A stretch of 64,000 nucleotides of DNA, taken from an uncultured Gammaproteobacteria bacterium. GTDB lineage: Bacteria > Patescibacteriota > Patescibacteriia > VMEV01 > CAYQCH01. The position numbers and the translations under genes are program-made. Of this stretch, positions 18,627 to 27,800 are shown in pieces (position 1 is the stretch's first letter; every line of letters begins with the position of its first letter). The DNA is taken from NCBI GenBank assembly GCA_964503955.1, contig CAZDCG010000004.1, forward strand, positions 16,181 to 80,180, in the 5' to 3' direction. Below the pieces are notes generated by a model that was not told the origin of the DNA, did no database searches, and saw only the letters and a list, made by a program, of their open reading frames with translations.

Positions 18627-19343
18627 GAGTCTCCTTTGACTCTTGGGGTGGAAGCAGGGCACATGCCCGATTGGAAGGGGAAGGTATGTGAAAGAGCGGC
18701 AGGCATGCGGCCCTTTTTCCACCACAAGAGAAAATGAAAACCCGCCGATGCCAAGATTTTTTCGCTTCCGCCCAAGGCGGATCCGCCTCTGGGGGAAAAG
18801 CTACGAAATCTCAAGAGGTTTTGGCGGGCAGGCCGACTCGCATGAGAAGAGCATATCCTCGTCCCTCCTAAGAGAGCCTTGGGTGATGCGAACGATTTAC
18901 CCAGAACGTAGCCGGAGCCACCTTCTTGGGATAAATTGGACGCGGGACGGGCGTTTGAGCCTTTATGGGGCCTGGGCGCCACGCCGGTCTCTCCTCATGC
19001 GAATCGGCGGTGTCGAGCTTTCAAAGATCAGTCCATCAGCTTGACAAAACACTATATCATATGGTCTAAAATTTGTCAAGACTGGTGAAACAGCTTAGCA
19101 AGAATTTGCTAAAATTAGCGATAAATTCGTGTTAAGATTGTTCAACATCATAAAATAGGACGGACGGGATCTTAGCTTATCTGTACATTTTTGACAAGAG
19201 CAAACATGGGGAAAAAGATCGTTTCATATAAAAAAGCCCTTGTTTTTGTCAGGGATCAAACATGGTGATAGGATTCAATCACGAGAAGAAATGGTCACTG
19301 GACGAGTATTTACCCGTCTAGTGATCTTCATATAAGAGAATTT

Positions 19344-21761
19344 ATGGCCTACGACCACAGAGAAATCGAAGCTAAAATGCAGGCGTACTGGAAAGAAATC
19401 GACGCGTTCAAAACACATGATGCTTCTGGAAAGCCAAAAGCGTATATCCTTGATATGTTTCCCTATCCTTCAGGAGCCGGTTTGCATGTCGGCCATGTTG
19501 AGGGGTATACCGCAACCGATATTCTCGCCCGCTATAAACGGATGAACGGGTTTGAGGTGCTTCATCCCATGGGCTGGGACGCTTTTGGTTTGCCGGCCGA
19601 AAACTACGCCATCAAAGTCAACCGCCATCCGCGCCTGACAACCGACGAGAATATTCAAAACTTCAAGCGCCAGATCAATGCCATGGGAAAAAGCGTTGAC
19701 TGGAGCAGGGAAATCGACACCAGTTCTGAACAGTACTATCGCTGGACGCAATGGTTTTTCCTCTTTTTGTATAAAAACGATTTGGCTTATCGCAAAGAAG
19801 CCCCGGTGAATTGGTGTGAACATGACCAGACCGTTTTAGCCAATGAACAGGTTGTCGACGGCAAATGCGAACGCTGCAAAAACGAAGTGGTGCAAAAAAA
19901 TCTGCCCCAATGGTTCTTCAAGGTGACGTCCTATGCTGACCGCCTGCTCAAAGATTTGGACGCGCTTGATTGGCCTGAGGCGCTCAAAGAAATGCAGCGC
20001 AACTGGATTGGCCGTTCTGAGGGGGCGCGCCTGACTTTCAAAGTTGCAAATGCATCGGCTGAACATACCGGCGAATCCATCGAGGTTTTTACAACACGGC
20101 CGGATACCTTGTTTGGAGCCACGTATCTTGTCTTGGCGCCTGAGCATCCTTTGGTTGAACAGCTCACGACAAAAGAGCAGCTTTTGGCCGTGCAGGCGTA
20201 TCAGGATGAAGCTTCACGGCGGTCTGAACTGGAGCGCGTGGGAACGGATCAGAAGAAAACCGGTGTCTTTACCGGTTCGTATGCTGTACACCCGTTCACC
20301 GGAGACCTCCTGCCGATCTGGATTGCAGACTATGTGCTGATGGGATATGGCACTGGCGCCATCATGGCTGTACCCGCGCATGATGAGCGCGATTACGCCT
20401 TCGCGTCAGCATATGATCTTCCCGTCAAAACGGTCATCGAGCCGGCTGACAAAGAACATACGCAGCATGAGCTGCCATTTACGGGCGAAGGGATTCTGAT
20501 TCATTCCGACGAATTCAGCGGGCTTGAAAGCCATGAAGCAAAAGGCAAGGTCGCGCTTAAAGCAGGCGGTGAAATTGCCGTGAACTATAAAATCCGTGAC
20601 TGGCTTTTATCTCGTCAGCGATTTTGGGGCGCACCAATCCCGATCATCTACTGTGATGCTTGCGGTGTTGTCCCTGTTCCGGAAGATCAGCTGCCGGTTG
20701 TCTTGCCAAAAGAAGCGGATTTCAAATTGCAGGGTGATGGCAAATCGCCGCTGGCGCGCGTTGACGAGTTCGTGAACACCACTTGTCCGAAATGTGACGC
20801 CCCAGCGAAGAGAGAAACCGACACCATGGATGGTTTCGTCGATAACTCATGGTACTTCTTCCGTTATCTTGATCCAAACAATGATCAGGCATTTGCGTCT
20901 GCCGAAACGATCAAGCGCTGGATGCCCGTTGATGTCTATGTCGGTGGCGCGGAGCACGCTGTCGGTCATTTAATCTATTCTCGTTTCTTTACCAAGGTCT
21001 TGTTCGATCATGGGTATATCGATTTTGAAGAGCCGTTCCTGAAACTTGTAAACCAGGGAATCATCCTGGCGGAAGATGGGCAGAAGATGTCGAAGTCTTT
21101 AGGGAATGTGATTAATCCAGATGACGTAATCGCCGAATACGGAGCCGACACATTGCGTCTCTTCGAGATGTTTCTTGGTCCCTTGCAAGACGCAAAACCA
21201 TGGGACACAAAGGGGATTGTTGGCATGAAGCGCTTCTTAGAGCGTGTGCATCGCTTCTTTACCGAAAATCATGTGCGTTCAGATGCCGCTGCAGATCAGC
21301 AGGTAACAGCGCAGCTGCACCGCACCATCAAAAAGGTGACCCATGATATCGAGGCACTTCGTTTCAATACGGCTATCGCTTCGATGATGGAAATGCTTAA
21401 TGCGATGAACAAAAAAGGCGAGCTACCAATGGTTGAGGGTGTGGTTTTCCTCAAGCTGCTTTCTCCGTTCGCGCCGCATCTGGCGGAGTACCTCTACAAC
21501 GAGATGGGGAATGAAAATTCGCTTGGGATGACTGACTGGCCCGCCTATGACGAGAACCTTGTGAAAGAAGAACAGGCGGTGCTCGCCGTTCAGATCAATG
21601 GCAAGGTTCGTGATAAAATCGTTGTGACAAGCGACGCGGACGAAGCAGCTGCAAAGGCCGCCGCGCTCGCGTCTGAAAAAGTCGCTCGTCATCTTGAAGG
21701 ACAGGAAATCAAGAAGGTGATTTATGTGCAGGGAAGAATTATCAGTTTCTTGACGGAGTAA
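19344..21761 (+). CDS. leuS: Leucyl-tRNA synthetase
   Basis: 805 aa; HVGH (HIGH) motif at PYPSGAGLHVGHVEGY, KMSKS motif, and the leucine-specific editing domain pattern. Confidence 0.95.
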   Translation: MAYDHREIEAKMQAYWKEIDAFKTHDASGKPKAYILDMFPYPSGAGLHVGHVEGYTATDILARYKRMNGFEVLHPMGWDAFGLPAENYAIKVNRHPRLTTDENIQNFKRQINAMGKSVDWSREIDTSSEQYYRWTQWFFLFLYKNDLAYRKEAPVNWCEHDQTVLANEQVVDGKCERCKNEVVQKNLPQWFFKVTSYADRLLKDLDALDWPEALKEMQRNWIGRSEGARLTFKVANASAEHTGESIEVFTTRPDTLFGATYLVLAPEHPLVEQLTTKEQLLAVQAYQDEASRRSELERVGTDQKKTGVFTGSYAVHPFTGDLLPIWIADYVLMGYGTGAIMAVPAHDERDYAFASAYDLPVKTVIEPADKEHTQHELPFTGEGILIHSDEFSGLESHEAKGKVALKAGGEIAVNYKIRDWLLSRQRFWGAPIPIIYCDACGVVPVPEDQLPVVLPKEADFKLQGDGKSPLARVDEFVNTTCPKCDAPAKRETDTMDGFVDNSWYFFRYLDPNNDQAFASAETIKRWMPVDVYVGGAEHAVGHLIYSRFFTKVLFDHGYIDFEEPFLKLVNQGIILAEDGQKMSKSLGNVINPDDVIAEYGADTLRLFEMFLGPLQDAKPWDTKGIVGMKRFLERVHRFFTENHVRSDAAADQQVTAQLHRTIKKVTHDIEALRFNTAIASMMEMLNAMNKKGELPMVEGVVFLKLLSPFAPHLAEYLYNEMGNENSLGMTDWPAYDENLVKEEQAVLAVQINGKVRDKIVVTSDADEAAAKAAALASEKVARHLEGQEIKKVIYVQGRIISFLTE

Positions 21762-21927
21762 TCTTGCCCTCCCACTGAGCGCTGACACGCTGATTGCTTG
21801 AGCTGAATTCTGCTCGAGAGCAGCACCCGGCGTCAGTTTCAGCATTCAGCAATCAGCGTTCAGCAAACCAACCACAGTGCTCGTAACCTGTTAAGTCGTG
21901 AACCAGCAAACCCGATAACAACAAAAG

Positions 21928-22923
21928 ATGCTCAAACACTGGCAGGAACATGAATCAACGCAATGGAATGACATCATCGCCCGTCTCGCCAAAGACGGCG
22001 GGCTTTTGCAGTCATGGGAATGGGGGCGCTTTCAGGAATCGCTTGGCAATGCCGTTTACAATCTTTCTCATGAAGAAAAGTGGTACGCGCAATGCATTCA
22101 ACTCAAAGCCGGCAATCAGTGGATTCTCTCCATCCCTCGCGGTCCTGTAACCCCGGTTGCTCATGAGAAGGAATCATTCAAAAACTTTCTTTTTGACCTT
22201 AAAGCATTCGCCAAAGATCGCGGTTGCTTTTTGGTTCGATTCGACCCAGCGTTTGAACTCCCCCTTGCAAAAGAGCTCTCGCTTAAAAAATCCGCTCGCG
22301 AGCGCAATCCGGTGCATACGCTTATCATGAACACGTCCTATGCAGAAGAAGAGCTGCTTGAGCAAATGAAACCGAAGTGGCGCTACAATATCCGCCTCGC
22401 GCAGAAACGGGGAGTCGCCATCCGCCGTTCATGCAATCCGCAGGATGCCACAATGTTTGCATCGCTCATGCAGAAAACAACCGAGCGCCAATCCTTTGCC
22501 ACCTATGATGAGGAGTACTTCACAACCTTCATGAAGGTTTTTGGGAAAAATCAGCAGGCTGAATTTTTCTTTGCGGAATATGAAGGGAAAACCATTGCCG
22601 CAATTTTAGTCGCCTACTTTGGCAAGCGCGCGTATTATCTTCACGGGGGATCGGACAATGCGTACCGCCAGGTGATGGCGCCGCATTTGCTGCAATGGGA
22701 AGCTATTAAAGAAGCTAGAAAGCGAAGCCTGGAATATGACTTCTGGGGTATTGCTGCCGAACCACCGGCCAATAAACAGGAAGCGCAATGGGCGGGGGTG
22801 ACGCGTTTTAAGAAAGGATTTGCTCCGCAAACGGAAGCGACGGAATATATGGGAACGTATGAACTGCCGGTGAGCAAGCTGCTTTTCGTCCTCTACCGTC
22901 TAAGACAGCGGTTAACGGGTTAA
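21928..22923 (+). CDS. FemAB/FemX-family peptidoglycan interpeptide-bridge aminoacyltransferase-like protein
   Basis: 331 aa; LQSWEWGRF N-terminal motif and GNAT-like duplicated fold typical of Fem proteins. Confidence 0.6.
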   Translation: MLKHWQEHESTQWNDIIARLAKDGGLLQSWEWGRFQESLGNAVYNLSHEEKWYAQCIQLKAGNQWILSIPRGPVTPVAHEKESFKNFLFDLKAFAKDRGCFLVRFDPAFELPLAKELSLKKSARERNPVHTLIMNTSYAEEELLEQMKPKWRYNIRLAQKRGVAIRRSCNPQDATMFASLMQKTTERQSFATYDEEYFTTFMKVFGKNQQAEFFFAEYEGKTIAAILVAYFGKRAYYLHGGSDNAYRQVMAPHLLQWEAIKEARKRSLEYDFWGIAAEPPANKQEAQWAGVTRFKKGFAPQTEATEYMGTYELPVSKLLFVLYRLRQRLTG

Positions 22924-22973
22924 AGTGTTCATGAGTTAACGCGTTAACCCATTAACCCGTTAACTCGTTAACA
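22909..22973. repeat. Cluster of about 7 TTAAC/GTTAAC repeats spanning the fem stop codon and the fem-rsmA spacer
   Basis: cggttaacgggttaaagtgttcatgagttaacgcgttaacccattaacccgttaactcgttaac. Confidence 0.4.
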
Positions 22974-22987
22974 TAAAGTTTACGACA

Positions 22988-23908
22988 ATGAACGCACAAG
23001 AAGTTAAGAATATCCTTGCGAGATTAAACATTCGTCCAGCCAGGCAACGCGGACAGAACTTTCTTATTGACGAAGCGTATCTTGACGACATGCTGAACGC
23101 GGCGAACGTCTCAAAAGATGATCTGATTCTTGAAGTCGGTCCGGGTTTGGGCGTGCTGACCCGCAAGCTGGCCGCGGCAGCGCGCAAGGTGGTTTGCGTC
23201 GAATTGGATAAGAAGCTGATCGAGTATGTAAAAACGGACTTGCTTCCCGCGCATCAAAATCTCTCGCTCTTAGAAGGAGATGCTTTGTCGTCCAACGTCT
23301 TTCATCAATTCGCCGCCCTGCTCGCGCGCGACAAAATGCCAGAAATCCATATTGACCGGGAAGATGAAAGTTATCGCGATATTCTTGAATCGCTTGATAA
23401 ATCATACAAAGTGGTTGCCAATCTGCCGTATCAGATTACGTCGCGCGCGCTGAGAACCTTTTTCACCGCGCTGCCGCGGCCGTCCCATGTCGTGGTTATG
23501 GTGCAGAAGGAAGTGGCTGAGCGCATGACAGCAAAAGCAGGGGAGATGAGCTTGCTTGCCTTGGCGACGCAAACAGCTTCTTCAGCCAATATTGTTTCTG
23601 TTGTTCCCAAAGTTGCGTATTTACCTGTGCCAAAAGTCGATTCCGCCATTGTGGCTTGTGATCTGACAAAGCCGAATGCATCGTTTGACGCGCTTACGCC
23701 TGAGGAACAAAGGCTGTTCTGGAAACTCGCGCGCGCGGGCTTTGCGGCCAAACGCAAATTGCTCAAGAAAAATCTTTCATCATTGCGGGGTATCGGCGAG
23801 GTTGACTGGGAAGCGCAGCTTGCTGCCCTTGGCCTTTCGCCAACTGTGCGCGCGCAGGAATTGACCGTGGAGCAATGGGCGGGGCTGGTTAATCGGTTGA
23901 CGAGTTAA
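22988..23908 (+). CDS. rsmA: 16S rRNA (adenine1518/1519-N6)-dimethyltransferase RsmA/KsgA
   Basis: QNFLID motif, SAM-binding ILEVGPGLGVLT, and C-terminal helical domain. Confidence 0.85.
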   Translation: MNAQEVKNILARLNIRPARQRGQNFLIDEAYLDDMLNAANVSKDDLILEVGPGLGVLTRKLAAAARKVVCVELDKKLIEYVKTDLLPAHQNLSLLEGDALSSNVFHQFAALLARDKMPEIHIDREDESYRDILESLDKSYKVVANLPYQITSRALRTFFTALPRPSHVVVMVQKEVAERMTAKAGEMSLLALATQTASSANIVSVVPKVAYLPVPKVDSAIVACDLTKPNASFDALTPEEQRLFWKLARAGFAAKRKLLKKNLSSLRGIGEVDWEAQLAALGLSPTVRAQELTVEQWAGLVNRLTS

Positions 23909-23946
23909 TATACCCTGTTCTGAACTCTGAATCCTGAACTCTGCCT

Positions 23947-24867
23947 GTGGTTCTGAGCCGTCTTAGATCAAGAATTCCGATCCGGAATTCAGAACTCAGA
24001 TTTGCAATCGTTCAAGTGGGGAGACTTCTGCAGGCAGATGTCTTGTTGCTACATCACAAGACATGTTATAATTTCGACAACTGTTGTGAAAAACACATGC
24101 AGGAATTTCCTGAAGATGTTGAGCGTGTTGCTCAGCAAAGCGATGAACAAAGCTTTGCCTATCCCCGCTCGGTTGTTGTCGGGGTCTTTGTCTTATGCGG
24201 TCTCGCTTTGGTTTTGCTCAAAGTGCAACTTGGCGATCGATTGAGTCTTGAAGTGCCAAAGTTCGGACAAGCGGAACTCTCAGGAGATATTTCAAAAAGT
24301 CTGCTTGAAGCGGAAGATGAGCAGCTTAAACGCCAGGATTCCGATGAAGACGGTCTCACGGATTATCAGGAATTGCGCATTTACGGCACAAGCCCGTTTA
24401 TTGCTGATTCCGATTCAGACGGAGAAACAGACGCAGCCGAGATTGCTGCGGGTACTGATCCGAATTGTCCTGAAGGACAGAATTGTTTTCAGCCGCAAAC
24501 GGCTTTTACGGGGGGCACGCTGCAGGAAGTGCTTGCCAATCAGCAGGATCGCCTTCAGGGAGTGCTTGACTCTCCATCAGAAATCCGCCGTCTGCTCATA
24601 GAACAAGGTGCCAGTCCGGCATTGCTGGCCAATATCGATGACCAGTCTCTGCAAATCCTTGCCAATGAAGCCTATCAGGAATATTCCAAGCCGAAAGCGG
24701 AAACCATTGATCTTCTCGCAGGTCTGAATGCTGACCAGCTTCGCGCCCTGCTGGTATCGGCAGGATTAAGCGAGGCGCAAGTGCAAGGCCTGACAGACAA
24801 TGAGCTTACGGATCTTGTGCAATCGGTTTTGACTCAACAAAGAGGACAGATTCAACCCGCGCAATAG
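23947..24867 (+). CDS. Membrane-anchored protein with thrombospondin-type-3-like Ca-binding repeats (DSDEDGLTD, DSDSDGETD); start possibly at 24097
   Basis: TM helix VVVGVFVLCGLALVLL; DxDxDG motifs; stop 3 nt before the giant ORF, so probably co-transcribed. Confidence 0.5.
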   Translation: MVLSRLRSRIPIRNSELRFAIVQVGRLLQADVLLLHHKTCYNFDNCCEKHMQEFPEDVERVAQQSDEQSFAYPRSVVVGVFVLCGLALVLLKVQLGDRLSLEVPKFGQAELSGDISKSLLEAEDEQLKRQDSDEDGLTDYQELRIYGTSPFIADSDSDGETDAAEIAAGTDPNCPEGQNCFQPQTAFTGGTLQEVLANQQDRLQGVLDSPSEIRRLLIEQGASPALLANIDDQSLQILANEAYQEYSKPKAETIDLLAGLNADQLRALLVSAGLSEAQVQGLTDNELTDLVQSVLTQQRGQIQPAQ

Positions 24868-24870
24868 TCT

Positions 24871-27800
24871 ATGCAAACAAGGAAAACAAAAATACTGGTG
24901 GGATTCATGGCGATCGGTCTTTTCATCACGTCTTTTCTTCCAAAGCCGGTTCATGCCGGCCTTCCGGTTTCCGATATCGGATCAATGGTTCAAAGCGCGG
25001 GACAATTTATTAAAAACACGTTTGACAAGATTCAAGAGACATTGTTGGACGAATTGGCAGTTGTTTTTTTCAATAATATCGTTCAGACCTTTGTCAATAA
25101 TCTGGCGGCGGAAACCGCCCAATGGATTGCCAGCGGAGACGAAGGGCAAAAGCCTTTGCTGTTTACCTCCGACTGGCAGGATTATCTTGAGAAAGCCGGT
25201 GAAGACGCGATCGCCTTTGCCGCAATCGGGTTTGCGGACGCGGTTGGCTTAGGAAATATCTGTATTGCTCCGGAAATTGCGATTGACATTATCCTGCCGC
25301 AAATCGAGCAGCCGGGAACAACCAAGCCGCGTTGTAGTCTCGATGATTTAAAGAAAACCTGGGATGTCACAAGCCCGGATTTCTTGCAGAATTTCACCCT
25401 TTCTTTTCAAACCGATCAGAACGACATAGGAATTGCCATTAGCTTCCTTGCGAATCTTGAAAAGGAGAAAACCGAAAAAAAGGAGGCAGCCGAAAATGAA
25501 CGCGATCAAAGCCCTTTTAAAGCCGTGAAAGATGCGATCAGCGGATTAACGGAAACGCCGGCACCTCTGGTTCAGAAGCAGGTGGAAAAAGTTGAAGATG
25601 GCACAACGGTAACTACCTATACATATACCAATCCTATCGGCGTATTGACCGGAGCTATCCAGGTTTTCGCCGGCACCCTCATGGGGCAGTATCTGAATAA
25701 ACTGCAAAGCGGATTTTTCTCCTTGGCTGATGCCGTCCCCGCGGAAGAAGACGTTGCGTCGCTTGTGCGAGGCTCGCTTTCCGATCCTCTTTCCACCGGA
25801 CCAACCGGATCGCAAACAGCACAGCTGAAATTCACCGATGTGTTCAAGCCGAATTTGCGCCAGGCAAATGATTTCAATATTTTGGCTGAACTGGCTGCCT
25901 GTCCTTCTGAAGTTCGATACGCCAGTATTTACAATTGTGTGATTGATTCAGGGTTCATGCAGGCGCTGTCAGGAGGGCGGAATGGATTTTTAACGGTCCG
26001 CGAGGCAGTGCAGCAAAATCTGCTGCATGGAAACTGGGTATTTGGATATGTTAATCCCGGTTCAGGAGCCGAGCCAAGCTATTTGAACGGGTACGCGTAT
26101 AGCAATATGAAAAAGCTGCGCCGGCTCAGAATTGTTCCTGTCGGCTGGGAAATGGCTGCATTGCGCGCACGTTCGCTTGGACAGAGCGTCACCTTGCTTG
26201 ATGTGATCAATTCGTATAACGATCAGGGCTCTCCTTTTTATAAATTGGTTGATCCGGAATGGGTGCTGAAAGTGCCAACCATGCGCTGTGCGGCAAAAGC
26301 ACCTGGGCAGATTCTTCAATCAGGAGGAACCGATCGCGTCGCCGAATGCGTTGATATTCAGGACTGTATTGCCTTTGGCGATGATGGCGAATGCCGAGCG
26401 TGGGCGTATTGTACGGCCGACCAGCGCGAATGGCGATTCCCTGCCGAGCAATGCCCGGAACATTATGCGACCTGCGAACAATTCTATTCTTCCGGCGAAG
26501 ATACGACACAAAATCTCTGGCTTTCTTCCACATTGGAATACGAAGGCTGCAATGCACAGACTGCAGGATGCACATGGTACTCAACGGTTAAAAACTCCGC
26601 CGGCGAATGGCAGGAAACAAATCGTGTCCATTTAACGTCTGCTGTACAGGCCTGTGATCCAAACGATGCGGGATGTCATCTTTATATTCGCATGGGCAAT
26701 GGTTCCAACCTGATCCGTAACGGCAGTTTTGAAGATGATGCGGGGCATAATTATGTGCTCGGACTGGGTGATACGGTTGCGGAAAACAGCATTCCCGACG
26801 GCTGGTCAGCGCGGCAGGCGCTCATCTCACTCAACGATGATGCCCAGCATGGAGAAGCATCCGTCCGCATCCAGCCGCAGCCAGGCGGAGAATGCCGCCC
26901 TGGATTGCAATATGAAGCACCGCTTGGACATTTCGAGATCGGTCAGCAATATACGCTCAGCGGACGCGTCCGAACGGAAAATGTCACTCCGGCAGATTTG
27001 CAGCTGTTCTTTCAGGGAATCACCTTCACCGTTGAAGATGTTAATAATGTTTGGAAATCATTCGCCTTTACCTTTGTCATGCCGTCAACAACACGTTCGT
27101 ACACCTTTGTGCTGGCAGGCAATAACGGGGATTGCGCGAATCTGAATCCAGGCGGAGCGGTTTTCTACGATGCCATCCAGCTTGAACGCAATACCTTGCC
27201 GACCTCCTATAAAGAGTATGGCTCTGTAAACCAGGTCAGCTTGAAGAATGCGCCTGCCTGTACATTTGAAGATGTCGGCTGCCAGCGCTATCTTCCTGTG
27301 GATCGAAAGAACGCGGCAACGGTCACGGGGGTTGCGACAGGACAGGATCTCTGTCCGGCTGAATGTGTCGGGTATGCCACCTACGAACAGCAGGAAACTG
27401 ATCTTGAGCCTGAGCGTATTGTGAATTTTATTCCATCTTCCGCAGATGTTTGTTCCGCTCAGGAAGTCGGTTGTGAGCAGTTCACCAATTTGGACGTAGT
27501 CGCGCGGGGAGGAGAAGGGCTTGAATACTATTCGCAAATCCGCCACTGTGAAAAACCACAGCCGCAATGCCAGACATACTTCGCCTGGGAAGGAAGTGAT
27601 GTAACCGGCTTCCAGCTTGTCAATTTCAGCCTGCTTGCCATCAATGAAGATGGTACGGGCGTGCCGCAAACAACCGATGGCAGCGTCACCTGTGATCCAA
27701 ATGACGCGGATTGCCGCGAGCTGATCGGCGAAGATGGATCACGGTCATTCCGCAATTTGAGCAAAACCATCACCTGTTCGGAAGCCTGCGTGCCGCTGCG

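Larger units (their letters stand above)
16545..18640. other. Anomalous high-GC segment (about 70-75 % GC versus about 48 % in the flanks) carrying five small same-strand ORFs: putative horizontally acquired/foreign DNA, or an assembly chimera
   Basis: Abrupt compositional shift; GC3 near 90 % in the minus-strand ORFs; the flanks are ORF-poor and repeat-rich. Confidence 0.55.

Noticed and set aside
17433-18737. 434-aa plus-strand ORF spanning most of the high-GC island
   Set aside because: Low-complexity Ala/Gly/Leu/Arg translation typical of the antisense frame in 70 % GC DNA. It overlaps the better-supported minus-strand ORFs, which have SD sequences and high GC3, and it has no SD or domain.
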